The translations under genes and the position numbers were made by a program. Shown here in pieces: positions 19,839-30,550 of a stretch of DNA of 64,000 nt. Location of the stretch: contig JBAZXG010000002.1 in NCBI GenBank assembly GCA_041660005.1, positions 122,037-186,036 of the forward strand. Reading direction: 5' to 3'. The notes under the pieces were generated by a model. That model made no database searches. It had not been told where the DNA came from and saw only the letters and a program-made list of their open reading frames with translations. This stretch comes from Patescibacteria group bacterium (GTDB lineage: Bacteria; Patescibacteriota; Patescibacteriia; GWA2-46-9). Numbering within the stretch: position 1 is the stretch's first letter; each line of letters begins with the position of its first letter.

Positions 19839-20219
19839 ATGTTAGATAAGAAAGCCAAAGACCGTATTATTAAAAAATATCGGACCCACGACTCGGACAC
19901 CGGTTCAAGTCAAGTCCAGATCGCCATTTTGACGACGGAGATTAAGGAGCTCACGGGGCATTTAAAGACGCACCGCAAAGACCACTCGTCCCGTCGCGGG
20001 CTTTTAAAAAAAGTTGGCGAACGACGTCGGTTGCTACGCTATCTCGAGCACGAAGATCCGAAAGGTTTTGAAGAGCTCGTGAAGCAATTGAAACTAAAGA
20101 TTGCCAAGCGCTACGACCAGAAGACCATTGAAGCTGCAGAGGCCGCACACGTTGCGGAGCTTGAAGCTGCAGAAGAAGCGGCAGAGGTCGGCGAAGACGA
20201 TTTGGACGATGAAGCATAG
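19839..20219 (+). CDS. rpsO: 30S ribosomal protein S15 with acidic C-terminal extension
   Basis: DTGSSQVQIAILT, KDHSSRRGLLKKVGERRRLLRYL; upstream TTGACA-17-TACACT. Confidence 0.95.
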   Translation: MLDKKAKDRIIKKYRTHDSDTGSSQVQIAILTTEIKELTGHLKTHRKDHSSRRGLLKKVGERRRLLRYLEHEDPKGFEELVKQLKLKIAKRYDQKTIEAAEAAHVAELEAAEEAAEVGEDDLDDEA

Positions 20220-20234
20220 GGTCCCCTTGAAAGA

Positions 20235-20780
20235 ATGATTAAACATAAGGAACAAAGAGTTGGCGTGTTCATCGACGTGGCGAACATGTACCACTCAGCG
20301 AAGAACCTCCATGGTTCACGAGTAAATTTCAAAGAAGTTTTAGAAGCGGCTGTCGATGGACGACGGCTGATGCGGGCTATTGCCTACGCCATTAAATCGG
20401 ACTCTGAAGAAGAGGTCAGTTTTTTCCAGGCGCTTGATAAATCTGGCTTTGAAGTAAAAACTAAAGATCTGCAAATTTTTCCAGGCGGCGCTAAGAAGGC
20501 TGACTGGGATGTCGGCATTGCCGTGGATGCTATTACCATTGCCCTCAAGCTTGATGTCGTAGTGCTAGTGACTGGGGACGGTGACTTTATTCCTCTGGTT
20601 GAGTTTTTGCAGTTTCAAGGGTTACTGGTTGAACTGGTTTCTTTTGGTGAGACAACTTCTTCAGGGCTCAGAGCCGTAGTTGATGACGTGACCGATCTCT
20701 CGGCTGACAAAAAACGATTCCTCATGCGTTCGCGTACTACACAGGCGACGTACCAGGAAGAAAAAACAAAAAGTACGTAG
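20235..20780 (+). CDS. NYN domain protein (LabA/DUF88)
   Basis: VFIDVANMY, KKADWDVGIAVD, LVTGDGDF. Confidence 0.9.
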   Translation: MIKHKEQRVGVFIDVANMYHSAKNLHGSRVNFKEVLEAAVDGRRLMRAIAYAIKSDSEEEVSFFQALDKSGFEVKTKDLQIFPGGAKKADWDVGIAVDAITIALKLDVVVLVTGDGDFIPLVEFLQFQGLLVELVSFGETTSSGLRAVVDDVTDLSADKKRFLMRSRTTQATYQEEKTKST

Positions 20781-20911
20781 GCATTATTTACTATAACGCC
20801 GCTATCGATTGTGGGTGTTACTGGTAGCTACGTCATTCTCCCTGACCAAATGTTGGAGTGAACGATGTACCTACCATAAGCGCCTTTCGCCAAGCGGCTG
20901 AAGGACATCTT

Positions 20912-23167
20912 ATGGATAAAACAGCTTCAACGAACGTCGTTCGTCGAGAAATAGAGTGGGGAGGTCGCACGCTTTCTATAGAATTTGGAAAGCTTGCCCT
21001 GCAGGCAACCGCCTCAGCGACCGTGCGCTATGGTGATACCGTTGTATTGGCGACGGTCGTCATGAGCCCGAACATCAGGGACGGTATGGATTATTTTCCA
21101 CTTACCGTTGACTATGAAGAGCGGTTTTATGCCGCCGGGAAAATAAAAGGTTCGCGCTTCATTAAGCGCGAAGGTCGTCCGACGGACGAAGCCGTATTGG
21201 CAGCGCGCGTCGTTGACCGTTCAATCCGTCCGTTGTTTGACGACCGTATGCGCAACGATCTACAAATCGTTCTTACTGTGTTGTCTTTTGATGGCGAAAA
21301 CGATGCGGATATTCCGTCGCTCATCGCTTCTTCTCTCATTCTCTCACTTTCTAACATACCGTGGGCAGGACCCATTGCTGGGCTGCGCGTTGGCCGCGTG
21401 AATAATGAGTGGTTGATGAACCCTAGTTATGAAGCGCTCCAGGAGAGCGATCTCGACCTTGTGGTTGCTGGTACGCATGAGAAGGTAACCATGATTGAAG
21501 CGGGCGGCAAAGAAATCTCTGAAGATGCATTTTTTGATGCCATTACCTTTGGCCAGCAGCAGCTGAAGCCCGTTTTGGATCTCATTACCGAACTACAGCA
21601 GAGTTACGGAACACCAAAGCTATCAGTTGACGATATGCTGAAGGACGACCTGGTACTTGAAGCCGATGTCGCAGAGAAAGTTCGATCTTGGTCACAAGTC
21701 GAATTGCGCAAACGGTTCTTTGGCGACGCACAGGCAACAAAGCATGACCGCAAACAGGTGTTGAGTGACATTAAACAAGAACTTGATGCTTGGCTGATTA
21801 CCGACCAGGTTGGCAAAGAGCGTCGTCAGCTTGCTTTCGCACTCTTTGATGGGTTGGTTGAAGATGAAGTTACGCGCGCCATTCTCGATGATGATCGCCG
21901 CGTAGACGGCCGCTCGCTTACTGATATTCGTCCGCTCTCAGCCGAGGTCAACATCTTACCGCGCACGCATGGTTCTGGTTTGTTCAGCCGCGGTGAGACA
22001 CAGGTACTCTCCGTTGTAACGCTCGGCTCATCGAGCGATGAGCAGCTCTTGGACACCATGGAGACGAATAGTAAGAAGCGCTACATGCATTACTACAATT
22101 TCCCGCCGTTCTCCGTTGGTGAAGCGGGAAGAATGATGGGTCCGAAGCGCAGAGAGATCGGTCACGGCGCGCTTGCTGAAAAAGCATTAGTTCCCGTGCT
22201 GCCGCCACGCGAATCTTTCCCATACACCGTTCTCGTTACTTCTGAAGTGCTTGGTTCAAATGGTTCATCATCTATGGCATCGGTTTGCGGATCAACGCTG
22301 TCGCTCATGGACGCCGGTATTCCTATTACCGCTCCGGTTGCCGGTGTTGCCATGGGTTTGGCGTCCGACGATAAAGGACGCTACAAAATTTTGACTGACC
22401 TACAAGATCTTGAAGACGGTATTGGCGGCATGGACTTTAAAGTTGCTGGAACTGCCAAAGGTATTACGGCTGTGCAGATGGACACCAAGACGCATGGGTT
22501 AACGTCAGCCATGGTAAAAGAAACATTGACCGCAGCACGCGATGGACGCATGAGAATTTTAAAGACGATCACGGACGTTCTGGCTGCACCGCGAGCGCAA
22601 ATGTCGCAGTACGCCCCACGCATTGTGACGGTTAAGATTAGTCCTGACCGCATTCGTGATTTAATTGGTCCTGGCGGAAAAGTTATTAATGAAATCATCG
22701 ACAAGACCGGCGTCTCCATTGATGTTGAACAAGACGGGAGCGTTAAGATTTGTTCTGCTAAAGCAGACGAGCTTGACCGAGCGGTTAAGTGGGTGAAGCA
22801 ACTCACGCGAGAAGTGGAAGTTGGCGAAGTGTACGAAGGCAAAGTAACACGTCTCATGGACTTTGGTGCTTTCGTAGAAATCTTGCCGAAGAAAGATGGC
22901 CTCGTGCACATTTCTGAACTCGCACCGTACCGGGTGAACAAAGTTGGAGACGTGGTGAAGATGGGGCAAGAGGTGAAGGTGAAGGTGATAGAAATAGATG
23001 AACTGGGTCGCGTCAATCTTTCTATGAAGCAAGCTATGCCGGCTGACGCTTTTCCTCCGGCACCCGAAGTGAATGATGCTCCTTACGAACGCGGTGGCGA
23101 CGATCATCATCACCCACACGCCGGTGGACCGCGCAATAACCGCCCGCAACATCCTCCGCGCCATTAA
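20912..23167 (+). CDS. pnp: Polyribonucleotide nucleotidyltransferase
   Basis: DRSIRPLF, HGSGLFSRGETQ, RREIGHG, SNGSSSMAS, MDFKVAGT, KH and S1 domains; ATG 20912. Confidence 0.97.
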   Translation: MDKTASTNVVRREIEWGGRTLSIEFGKLALQATASATVRYGDTVVLATVVMSPNIRDGMDYFPLTVDYEERFYAAGKIKGSRFIKREGRPTDEAVLAARVVDRSIRPLFDDRMRNDLQIVLTVLSFDGENDADIPSLIASSLILSLSNIPWAGPIAGLRVGRVNNEWLMNPSYEALQESDLDLVVAGTHEKVTMIEAGGKEISEDAFFDAITFGQQQLKPVLDLITELQQSYGTPKLSVDDMLKDDLVLEADVAEKVRSWSQVELRKRFFGDAQATKHDRKQVLSDIKQELDAWLITDQVGKERRQLAFALFDGLVEDEVTRAILDDDRRVDGRSLTDIRPLSAEVNILPRTHGSGLFSRGETQVLSVVTLGSSSDEQLLDTMETNSKKRYMHYYNFPPFSVGEAGRMMGPKRREIGHGALAEKALVPVLPPRESFPYTVLVTSEVLGSNGSSSMASVCGSTLSLMDAGIPITAPVAGVAMGLASDDKGRYKILTDLQDLEDGIGGMDFKVAGTAKGITAVQMDTKTHGLTSAMVKETLTAARDGRMRILKTITDVLAAPRAQMSQYAPRIVTVKISPDRIRDLIGPGGKVINEIIDKTGVSIDVEQDGSVKICSAKADELDRAVKWVKQLTREVEVGEVYEGKVTRLMDFGAFVEILPKKDGLVHISELAPYRVNKVGDVVKMGQEVKVKVIEIDELGRVNLSMKQAMPADAFPPAPEVNDAPYERGGDDHHHPHAGGPRNNRPQHPPRH

Positions 23168-23198
23168 ATCAGGGAGTGAGCTTCCCCTCACTTCCAAC

Positions 23199-23336
23199 TG
23201 TGGATAATTCTGGGTATAACCTGTTCATGCACTGTGGCCTTTAGGGGCCACAGTGTTGTTTTCCCTTATTTATCTGTACTTTCTTATCTTGTTTTTTTGG
23301 TTATTCCGTGCTATAATTATGCACAGATCATTAACA
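23199..23336. promoter_or_regulatory. DnaA-box cluster flanking a T-rich tract
   Basis: TGTGGATAA 23199-23207 and TTATGCACA 23317-23325 match TTATNCACA; degenerate TGGGTATAA 23211-23219. Confidence 0.5.
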
Positions 23337-23703
23337 ACCAAAGTCTTTATACGAAGCAGTGCATCGAATTCATAATAATTCGGTTCATAGCTTCCCATTC
23401 TACTAAACCGTCGGCGTAAATCCCGTTGTTACGCCACAGCCAATAAAAATAAAAAGCCTCCCGTCGTTCGTAGGGAGAAAAGGTGATTGCCGGTAGCGCA
23501 ACGTCGCCCGCACAACACCACCAAGGTCGGTAGAGTGGCCGCACGTTTCATAATTACGGGGAAACGCCTTAGGGTTGCTGTACAAAAATCTTGAGAATTG
23601 CCACCGGCGGTTCTGAAGAAGGAAGGCAGCCCAAAGAGGCGCATCACGCCATTTACAAACAAGGGCGCTGTATGCGCCTCTTACTCGTTTAGGGCTCTTT
23701 TTT
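23330..23703 (+). ncRNA. Candidate structured ncRNA
   Basis: Extended -10 TGCTATAAT at 23309-23317, many hairpins, terminal stem plus T-run, no credible ORF. Confidence 0.4.
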
Positions 23704-23767
23704 ACTCTTGCTCCCTTTGTTGCCGACTGGTATACTGCCCTCTGCTTTGTTAATTAGCTAATGATCT

Positions 23768-24130
23768 ATGGATAGCACGCTCGCAGAAAAAATTCGTCCG
23801 ATTTTACTTGAAACAGAAAGCAAACTTTTGAAAGAGTTAGGAGAAGTTGCCGGCAAAGGAGCCGATGGCTACGAAACAAATTTTCCGGATTACGGCAGCG
23901 ACGAAGATGAGAACAGCGCCGAGGTAGCGACCTTCACCACCAACCTTTCAGTTGAGAGTGAATTAGAAAAAGCTTTGCGTGATGTGCGGGCAGCACTGAA
24001 GCGCCTTGATGATGGTACGTACGGTAAATGTAAATATTGCGGAGAGCAAATTGATGAGCGCCGTTTATTTGCGCGTCCTTCATCGAGTGCCTGCATTAGC
24101 TGCAAGCAAGAGATGAAGAATCGGTTGTAG
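23768..24130 (+). CDS. TraR/DksA C4-type zinc finger protein
   Basis: ALKRLDDGTYGKCKYCGEQIDERRLFARPSSSACISCK. Confidence 0.9.
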   Translation: MDSTLAEKIRPILLETESKLLKELGEVAGKGADGYETNFPDYGSDEDENSAEVATFTTNLSVESELEKALRDVRAALKRLDDGTYGKCKYCGEQIDERRLFARPSSSACISCKQEMKNRL

Positions 24131-24139
24131 ACCGTTAGT

Positions 24140-24604
24140 GTGCTGGGGGTTATTGTTGTCGGTGCGTTTGTCGTTCTCGATCGTTTGACGAAAGTCCTGG
24201 CTGTTCAAAACAGCACCCTGAAGGCGTCAATTATTCCACACGTTCTTTCTGTAACTTCTGCCGTCAACACCGCCGGTCCTCTGGGCCTTCCGATTTCGGG
24301 CGGTGTTTTTTTTGTGTTGTCATTTGTTGTTGCGAGTCTTCTTTTTGTTTTTGTTTTTTTTGAGGAGCGCCGTAGTAACCAAGCGTTGTTTCTCGCCATC
24401 ATTGTCGGCATTCTGTCGAACACTATCGATCGCATGCAGTACGGTTATGCCATCGATGTATTGCGCTTAGAGCCCGGTCTTGTTTTTAATATTGCCGACC
24501 TATTAATCGTAGGCGGGGTCGTCCTTCTTTTTTCACGTCTTGTGCACCAGCTTTTTACCGAGCGTCATTCATTAGACCATAGCGAACATCATTCACTCGA
24601 CTAA
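24140..24604 (+). CDS. lspA: Signal peptidase II (divergent)
   Basis: LDRLTK, NTAG, SNTIDR, AID, VFNIAD. Confidence 0.75.
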   Translation: MLGVIVVGAFVVLDRLTKVLAVQNSTLKASIIPHVLSVTSAVNTAGPLGLPISGGVFFVLSFVVASLLFVFVFFEERRSNQALFLAIIVGILSNTIDRMQYGYAIDVLRLEPGLVFNIADLLIVGGVVLLFSRLVHQLFTERHSLDHSEHHSLD

Positions 24605-24613
24605 ATTCTCCGC

Positions 24614-26137
24614 ATGCCTTCTAAAGTTTACTCAGCAGCTACCATAGGGCTCGATGCAGTAACCGTGGAGGTAGAGGCAGACATTGGACGTTCTCTGCCG
24701 AGCGTGCTCGTGGTAGGCCTTCCGGATGCGGCCGTGCAAGAATCGCGAGAACGCGTTCGTTCCGCAATCAAAAATAGTGGCCTTACCTTTCCAACGACCA
24801 AGGTAACGATTAATTTAGCACCTGGAGATCTCAAAAAAGAGGGTCCGCTTTACGATCTTCCGGTTGCACTTGCTGTACTGTTGGCGGCTCATGAGTTGCC
24901 CATGGGCGAATTTTTGACGAGCACTCTGTTTTTAGGTGAACTGGCACTCGACGGAACACTCCGCCCGGTGAGCGGCGTTCTTTCGGCGACACTCCACGCC
25001 AAGGCAGCAGGTTTCAGGACAATTGTTGTCCCAAGCGAGAACGCTTCCGAGGCTGCGCTGGTTGATGGCATACTTGTCCTTGGCGCCTCTTCACTACTTT
25101 CGGTGGTGCGTCATATTATTGGAGAAACTCAACTTATTGAAGCAGCCACAGGGGAAAGTATATTTCAGTCATTTATCGGAACGGCGTTAGATGATTTTGC
25201 CTACATTCAAGGGCAGGCCCATGCGAAGCGGGCACTAGAGGTGGCGGCGGCGGGCGGCCATAATATTCGGCTGATTGGCCCGCCAGGATCCGGCAAAACA
25301 CTTTTGGCGAGAGCACTTGTCAGTATTTTGCCGCCGATGAACAAACAGGAGATGCTTGAGGTGACCAGGATTTATAGCGTTTGTGGCATGCTTGCAGGAA
25401 AACCACTTATGGCATCGCGACCGTTTCGTAGTCCTCATCACACAACGTCGCACGTGGCGCTCGTTGGCGGAGGAAGCCAGCCGCGACCAGGAGAAATATC
25501 ACTGGCTCATCGTGGCGTTCTCTTCCTGGATGAATTTCCTGAATTTCCCCGGCACGTTCTGGAGGCACTGCGCCAACCTCTTGAGGACGGTTCTATCGTT
25601 GTTGCTCGCGCTGCTGGAACAATAACGTTTCCAGCACAGCTTATGCTCGTTGCAGCAGAAAATCCTTGTCCATGCGGTTACGCAACCGATCCAATGCATC
25701 CCTGCACTTGTTCGTCGGCAGCCCTAGTGCGCTACCAACAGAGAATCTCTGGTCCGCTCTTAGACCGGATTGATATGCACGTTCCGGTGCCGCGGCTCGG
25801 CATTGAAGAGCTGCGGGGTAGTGCGGCCGCAGAGTCTTCGGCGTCTGTGCGGGAGCGTGTTTCTGCCGCACGATTGACTCAGCTTGAGCGATTTAAAGAT
25901 ACTGAGGTGCTAACAAATGCTGAGCTCGCGAGTGAGCAAGTGCGTCAGTGGTGCATTTTGTCTCCAGCAGCTGACGAGCTCTTAATGCAGGCGACTGAGC
26001 GTCTTAAGTTGTCGGCACGAGCTTATTATCGTGTTCGCAAATTAGGGCGTACTATTGCTGACCTCGCCGGCTCAGTTGATATTGAAGTGCCACATATTGC
26101 AGAAGCCTTGCAGTACCGAGGGGATGAAGGGCACTAA
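24614..26137 (+). CDS. comM: YifB/ComM family AAA+ ATPase
   Basis: VGLPDAAVQESRERV, GPPGSGKT, RPFRSPHH, GEISLAHRGVLFLDE, SGPLLDRID. Confidence 0.95.
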   Translation: MPSKVYSAATIGLDAVTVEVEADIGRSLPSVLVVGLPDAAVQESRERVRSAIKNSGLTFPTTKVTINLAPGDLKKEGPLYDLPVALAVLLAAHELPMGEFLTSTLFLGELALDGTLRPVSGVLSATLHAKAAGFRTIVVPSENASEAALVDGILVLGASSLLSVVRHIIGETQLIEAATGESIFQSFIGTALDDFAYIQGQAHAKRALEVAAAGGHNIRLIGPPGSGKTLLARALVSILPPMNKQEMLEVTRIYSVCGMLAGKPLMASRPFRSPHHTTSHVALVGGGSQPRPGEISLAHRGVLFLDEFPEFPRHVLEALRQPLEDGSIVVARAAGTITFPAQLMLVAAENPCPCGYATDPMHPCTCSSAALVRYQQRISGPLLDRIDMHVPVPRLGIEELRGSAAAESSASVRERVSAARLTQLERFKDTEVLTNAELASEQVRQWCILSPAADELLMQATERLKLSARAYYRVRKLGRTIADLAGSVDIEVPHIAEALQYRGDEGH

Positions 26138-26173
26138 AGGCATGGTATACTAGCTTTGTAAACGATACACTTT

Positions 26174-28384
26174 ATGGCACGTCGCCGACCTTACACACGC
26201 TCTCGCAGTTTTTTTGGAACGTCCGCAAGCTCGCTTCTGTCTGAAGAAACCGCTGACGGATTGGTGGTGCTCTTGCTTTTGGCATTCGCCGGAGTGAGCA
26301 TTTTTTCTATTCTCCATCTGGCCGGTCCTTTTGGATCTTTTTGGCTTGGTGTTCTCAAAAATCTTTTCGGTTGGGGAATTTGGTTGTTTCCGACTTTTCT
26401 CATTTTTCTCGCTACCATCCGTATGCGTCCACCGGTCAGCCGTCCGGCCGGCGTCGTTATCTTTGGCCTGTTGTTGGCTATCCTTTCCCTCTCCTCGTTA
26501 TTTGATACTCTGATTCCGCTTGACTTTGACTTGCGCCGGCAGCTCGTCGGAGAAGGGGGAGGATACGTGGGCTTATTTTTACGTTTTCCACTGGAAACTA
26601 TTTTTGGTTTTTGGGTTAGTGTGCTGGTACTTTTTTTGCTTTTCTTAGCTTCTATTCTCCTCATTTTCGATTTACCACTAGCACGTCTTGGTCACTTGCT
26701 CATTGCACCCGTTGTGGTCGCTCGTGATTTTTTCCGTGGCCTCTTTCAAGCGTCTGGTCAAAAAAATTACAGAGAAGAAGCTACACACAACGATGCTGCG
26801 TCGTATCAGCTCAATCGATTCACAATGGGTGCGGACGAAGAGGAAGAAACAGAAGAAGAGAGTGAAGAAAAAAACAGTCAGCCAGCGGCTCCGGCAACAC
26901 TTCCAGGTCTCAGTGCTAATAGGAGCCCACGTTTTCGCCCAGTGAGTATTGATCTACCATTAACGCTCCTCGAGGAGAGTAGCGACAAGCCGACCAGTGG
27001 GGATATCAACGCCAATCGAGACCTGATTAAACTCACCCTTGAGAATTTTGGAATTTCCGTTGAAATGGCGGACATCAGCGTAGGGCCGACCGTAACCCAG
27101 TACACACTAAAGCCAGATAGTGGCGTAAAACTGTCCGCTATTACTTCGCTTTCTAATGACCTTGCCTTAGCACTTGCCGCGCATCCTATTCGTATTGAGG
27201 CGCCGATTCCAGGCCGCTCCTTGGTTGGCATTGAGGTACCAAACAAAGCGGTTGCTCGGGTTCACTTGAGAGAGATTCTGGAGTCAGAGGGTTTTCAGAA
27301 GCGAACATCAAACTTAGCACTAGCACTAGGTAAGGATGTAACGGGGCTTCCCTGGGTCGTCGACCTGGAGCGGATGCCGCACCTGCTCGTTGCCGGCTCG
27401 ACGGGTTCAGGGAAGTCAGTCGCTTTGAATGGCGTCATTCTTTCTTTGTTGTATCAAAATAATCCAGCTGACCTCAAGTTTATTCTGGTTGACCCAAAAC
27501 GTGTGGAGTTTAGCATCTACCAGCACATGCCGCATTTGCTGACGCCGATTATTACCGAAGTACCTGCCACAGTGAATGCACTGAAGTGGCTGCTCGGAGA
27601 AATGGACCGTCGGTTTACCGTGCTCGCCGCAGCCGGGTTCCGAAACATTCAAGCATATAATCAGAAGTCAGTAGAAAAAATGCCTTACATTATTTTGGTT
27701 ATCGACGAGCTGGCCGACTTAATGGTGGCCGCTGGTTCAGAAGTAGAGGCGGCCATTATTCGTTTGGCGCAAATGTCTCGGGCTGTTGGTATTCACCTAA
27801 TCTTAGCGACGCAGCGCCCTTCCGTTGATGTTATTACGGGTCTCATTAAAGCCAACATCACCGCGCGCATAGCTTTTTCGGTTGCGTCACTCACCGACTC
27901 GCGAACCATCCTTGACTCGTCTGGTGCAGAAAAACTTTTGGGACGCGGCGACCTTTTGTACGTTTCAGCCGAAGTGACAAAACCGAAGCGTTTGCAAGGA
28001 GCATTCATTGGGGATGATGAAATTAGAGAGGTGGTTAACTTTCTCAAAAACAAAGCAACGCCCGAATACGTGAATGAGATTATTGAAAAACCCGGCAGAG
28101 GACTCGGTGGTTTTGACGATGCGTCTGACGACCCACTTTACCCTGACGTAGAACATTTGGTGCTCACGAGTCGAAAGGCATCCGCTTCATTTTTACAGCG
28201 ACGGCTCAAGGTTGGCTATGCTCGGGCAGCGCGGCTGCTTGATATTCTTGAAGCAAGGGGTGTCATAGGCCCAGGAGACGGTGCTAAACCGCGAGAAGTG
28301 TTGCTCGCCTTGGACGAGCGTGATATCCTGGATAGTACAATACCATCAGAAAGTGACGATGCCGACGAAACCGAAGAATTCTAA
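26174..28384 (+). CDS. ftsK: DNA translocase FtsK/SpoIIIE
   Basis: 4TM N-domain, PHLLVAGSTGSGKS, IDELADLM, ATQRPSVDVITG, gamma domain SFLQRRLKVGYARAAR. Confidence 0.97.
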   Translation: MARRRPYTRSRSFFGTSASSLLSEETADGLVVLLLLAFAGVSIFSILHLAGPFGSFWLGVLKNLFGWGIWLFPTFLIFLATIRMRPPVSRPAGVVIFGLLLAILSLSSLFDTLIPLDFDLRRQLVGEGGGYVGLFLRFPLETIFGFWVSVLVLFLLFLASILLIFDLPLARLGHLLIAPVVVARDFFRGLFQASGQKNYREEATHNDAASYQLNRFTMGADEEEETEEESEEKNSQPAAPATLPGLSANRSPRFRPVSIDLPLTLLEESSDKPTSGDINANRDLIKLTLENFGISVEMADISVGPTVTQYTLKPDSGVKLSAITSLSNDLALALAAHPIRIEAPIPGRSLVGIEVPNKAVARVHLREILESEGFQKRTSNLALALGKDVTGLPWVVDLERMPHLLVAGSTGSGKSVALNGVILSLLYQNNPADLKFILVDPKRVEFSIYQHMPHLLTPIITEVPATVNALKWLLGEMDRRFTVLAAAGFRNIQAYNQKSVEKMPYIILVIDELADLMVAAGSEVEAAIIRLAQMSRAVGIHLILATQRPSVDVITGLIKANITARIAFSVASLTDSRTILDSSGAEKLLGRGDLLYVSAEVTKPKRLQGAFIGDDEIREVVNFLKNKATPEYVNEIIEKPGRGLGGFDDASDDPLYPDVEHLVLTSRKASASFLQRRLKVGYARAARLLDILEARGVIGPGDGAKPREVLLALDERDILDSTIPSESDDADETEEF

Positions 28385-29120
28385 ATCCGACACAGAAAGC
28401 CGGCCGGTGCAAAGCAGCCGGGTAGTGTTTCGTCGCGTGTCTGTGGAAGACGTGAATTCAGTAGGGTCAACATTGCGTAGCGCACGCGACAGTGCCGGAC
28501 AGAGCATCAATGATTGTGCTAAAAAAATTGGTGTTCCAGAACGATATCTGCGTGCCCTTGAAGGGGAAGATATGAGTTCGCTGCCGGGGTTGGTTTATGA
28601 GAGGCATTTCATTGTACGTTACGCTCGATTGCTCGGGCTCAGTCCTGCCCCGCTGGTTACTTCCTGGTCAGATTTACGCAGGGAGAGTGTTATAGGAAAT
28701 CAATTCGTGCAAAGAGTCAGTTGGAGAGACTTAAAAAGCGGTCCCATGTTTTGGCGACGTTTTGCCGCCTCTATTTTTGTGGTTGCTCTGGCCGTTTATT
28801 TAGGTAGTGAGCTTTTCGTTATGGCAGCGCCACCGCGTCTTGAGGTACAACAGCCGATGCCAGGCACCGTGGTAACGTCGGCGGACATGATTATATCTGG
28901 TGTTGCCGCAGCTGATGCTTCAGTTTCAGTAAATGGGCAGTTGGTAGTAGCTTCAAGCAATGGATCGTTCTCCATTCCCGTAACGCTGGGTCCTGGACCA
29001 AACAGTATTCGTATTGTTGCTGAGAAACGGTATGGCCGTCCGAACGTGGTTGAGCGCCAAGTTTTTTTGGCAGTGCCGCGTGACGTAACCGGTCTTGCGC
29101 CTACTCGTCCGACACTATAA
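28359..29120 (+). CDS. RodZ-like HTH-TM protein with Ig-like C-terminal domain
   Basis: VGSTLRSAR..YLRALEGED...LPGLVY...YARLLGL, one TM, PPRLEV..SVNG; start uncertain. Confidence 0.75.
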   Translation: MPTKPKNSKSDTESRPVQSSRVVFRRVSVEDVNSVGSTLRSARDSAGQSINDCAKKIGVPERYLRALEGEDMSSLPGLVYERHFIVRYARLLGLSPAPLVTSWSDLRRESVIGNQFVQRVSWRDLKSGPMFWRRFAASIFVVALAVYLGSELFVMAAPPRLEVQQPMPGTVVTSADMIISGVAAADASVSVNGQLVVASSNGSFSIPVTLGPGPNSIRIVAEKRYGRPNVVERQVFLAVPRDVTGLAPTRPTL

Positions 29121-29137
29121 TTTTTTAGAATTTTCTC

Positions 29138-30196
29138 ATGGCAAAAAGCAAAGTAACAAATACTACCCCTTCTGAAGCGCGACAAAAGGCCGCGCAGAAT
29201 GCGATTGCCCAGATTCAAGAACGTTTCGGTGCCGGTTCTATTATGCGATTTGGCGAAGCTCAAGCCACAGACGTTGAAGCCGTGTCGACCGGATGCTTGT
29301 CTCTTGATTTAGCGCTTGGTGTGGGCGGGGTGCCGCGCGGGCGTATCATCGAAATTTACGGACCGGAAGCATCAGGTAAAACAACGCTGGCGCAGCATAT
29401 TGTGGCAGAGGTGCAAAAGGCGGGCGGTACGGCAGCATTTATTGACGCCGAACATGCACTTTCGCCTGAGTACGCAAAAAAAATTGGCGTTGATGTCGAC
29501 AAGTTGCTCATCTCACAGCCAGATACTGGTGAGCAGGCCTTAGAAATTTTAGAAACACTGGTTCGTTCGAATGGGGTCGATGTTATTGTTATCGACTCTG
29601 TAGCCGCGCTCGTTCCGCGAGCGGAAATTGAGGGCGAAATGGGAGATTCGCACATGGGTTTGCAAGCCCGGCTTATGAGCCAGGCGCTTCGAAAGCTTGC
29701 GGGTATTGTTTCAAAAACTAATACGGTGGTGATTTTTATCAATCAAATCCGCATGAAGATTGGTGTATTTTTTGGCAACCCTGAAACAACGACCGGTGGT
29801 ACGGCATTGAAGTTTTACTCGTCCGTACGCATTGAAGTACGCCGCGCCGCGCAGATTAAATCTGGCGAGAAGAACGTGGGTAATCGGGTTAAAGTGAAAG
29901 TGGTGAAGAATAAAGTGGCGCCGCCATTTCAGACAACCGAGTTTGATATTATGTACAACGAGGGCATTTCAGTTGCTGGGGATCTCATTGATACCGGTCT
30001 TCTTTATGGCGTTGTTGAAAAGAGCGGTAACAGTTATGCAGTTGGCGAAGAAAAGCTCGGCGTTGGACGCGAGACCGCCCGTCAATATTTGCGAGAACAT
30101 AAGGCAACCATGAAGCGCATTCGTGAGTTAGTTATGAAAAAAGTTGCCGCAGATCGAGTTGCACAAAAGCCACTACCACCCCCAGACGAGGAATAA
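29138..30196 (+). CDS. recA: Recombinase RecA
   Basis: [50 protein letters not shown]. Confidence 0.98.
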   Translation: MAKSKVTNTTPSEARQKAAQNAIAQIQERFGAGSIMRFGEAQATDVEAVSTGCLSLDLALGVGGVPRGRIIEIYGPEASGKTTLAQHIVAEVQKAGGTAAFIDAEHALSPEYAKKIGVDVDKLLISQPDTGEQALEILETLVRSNGVDVIVIDSVAALVPRAEIEGEMGDSHMGLQARLMSQALRKLAGIVSKTNTVVIFINQIRMKIGVFFGNPETTTGGTALKFYSSVRIEVRRAAQIKSGEKNVGNRVKVKVVKNKVAPPFQTTEFDIMYNEGISVAGDLIDTGLLYGVVEKSGNSYAVGEEKLGVGRETARQYLREHKATMKRIRELVMKKVAADRVAQKPLPPPDEE

Positions 30197-30230
30197 TGAT
30201 GTGTGAAATTTCTCCGGCCTCTGGCCGGAG

Positions 30231-30389
30231 TTTATTTTTGCCTAACCACCTCGTCGGCTTGCCGCGAGGTTACCGTTGCAGAAGACAAAAATATCCCGCG
30301 TAGCTCCCTGACCGTCCGTAGCCTTGCTGTGTCCCGCCGTAGTTTTATACGAGCGGGAGCGAAGGAGGTTAGCGAAGTGGGATTACCTA
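30231..30389. repeat. Element family F, copy 2, with nested insertions
   Basis: Same termini as copies 1 and 3; loop expanded by extra CGTAGY...GCGAAG units. Confidence 0.8.
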
Positions 30390-30550
30390 TTCATTTGGTG
30401 CTTTCACAAACGAAGAAATAACAACCCTGAGTAGAATCGAAGGGTTACAATCTTTATTTTTCATCCTTACATACTTGAGAATGTTGGTATGACAGTTTGC
30501 TTGTTTATTATATCACTCAGTAAACCTCGCCCCGTCTGACGGGGCTGTGG

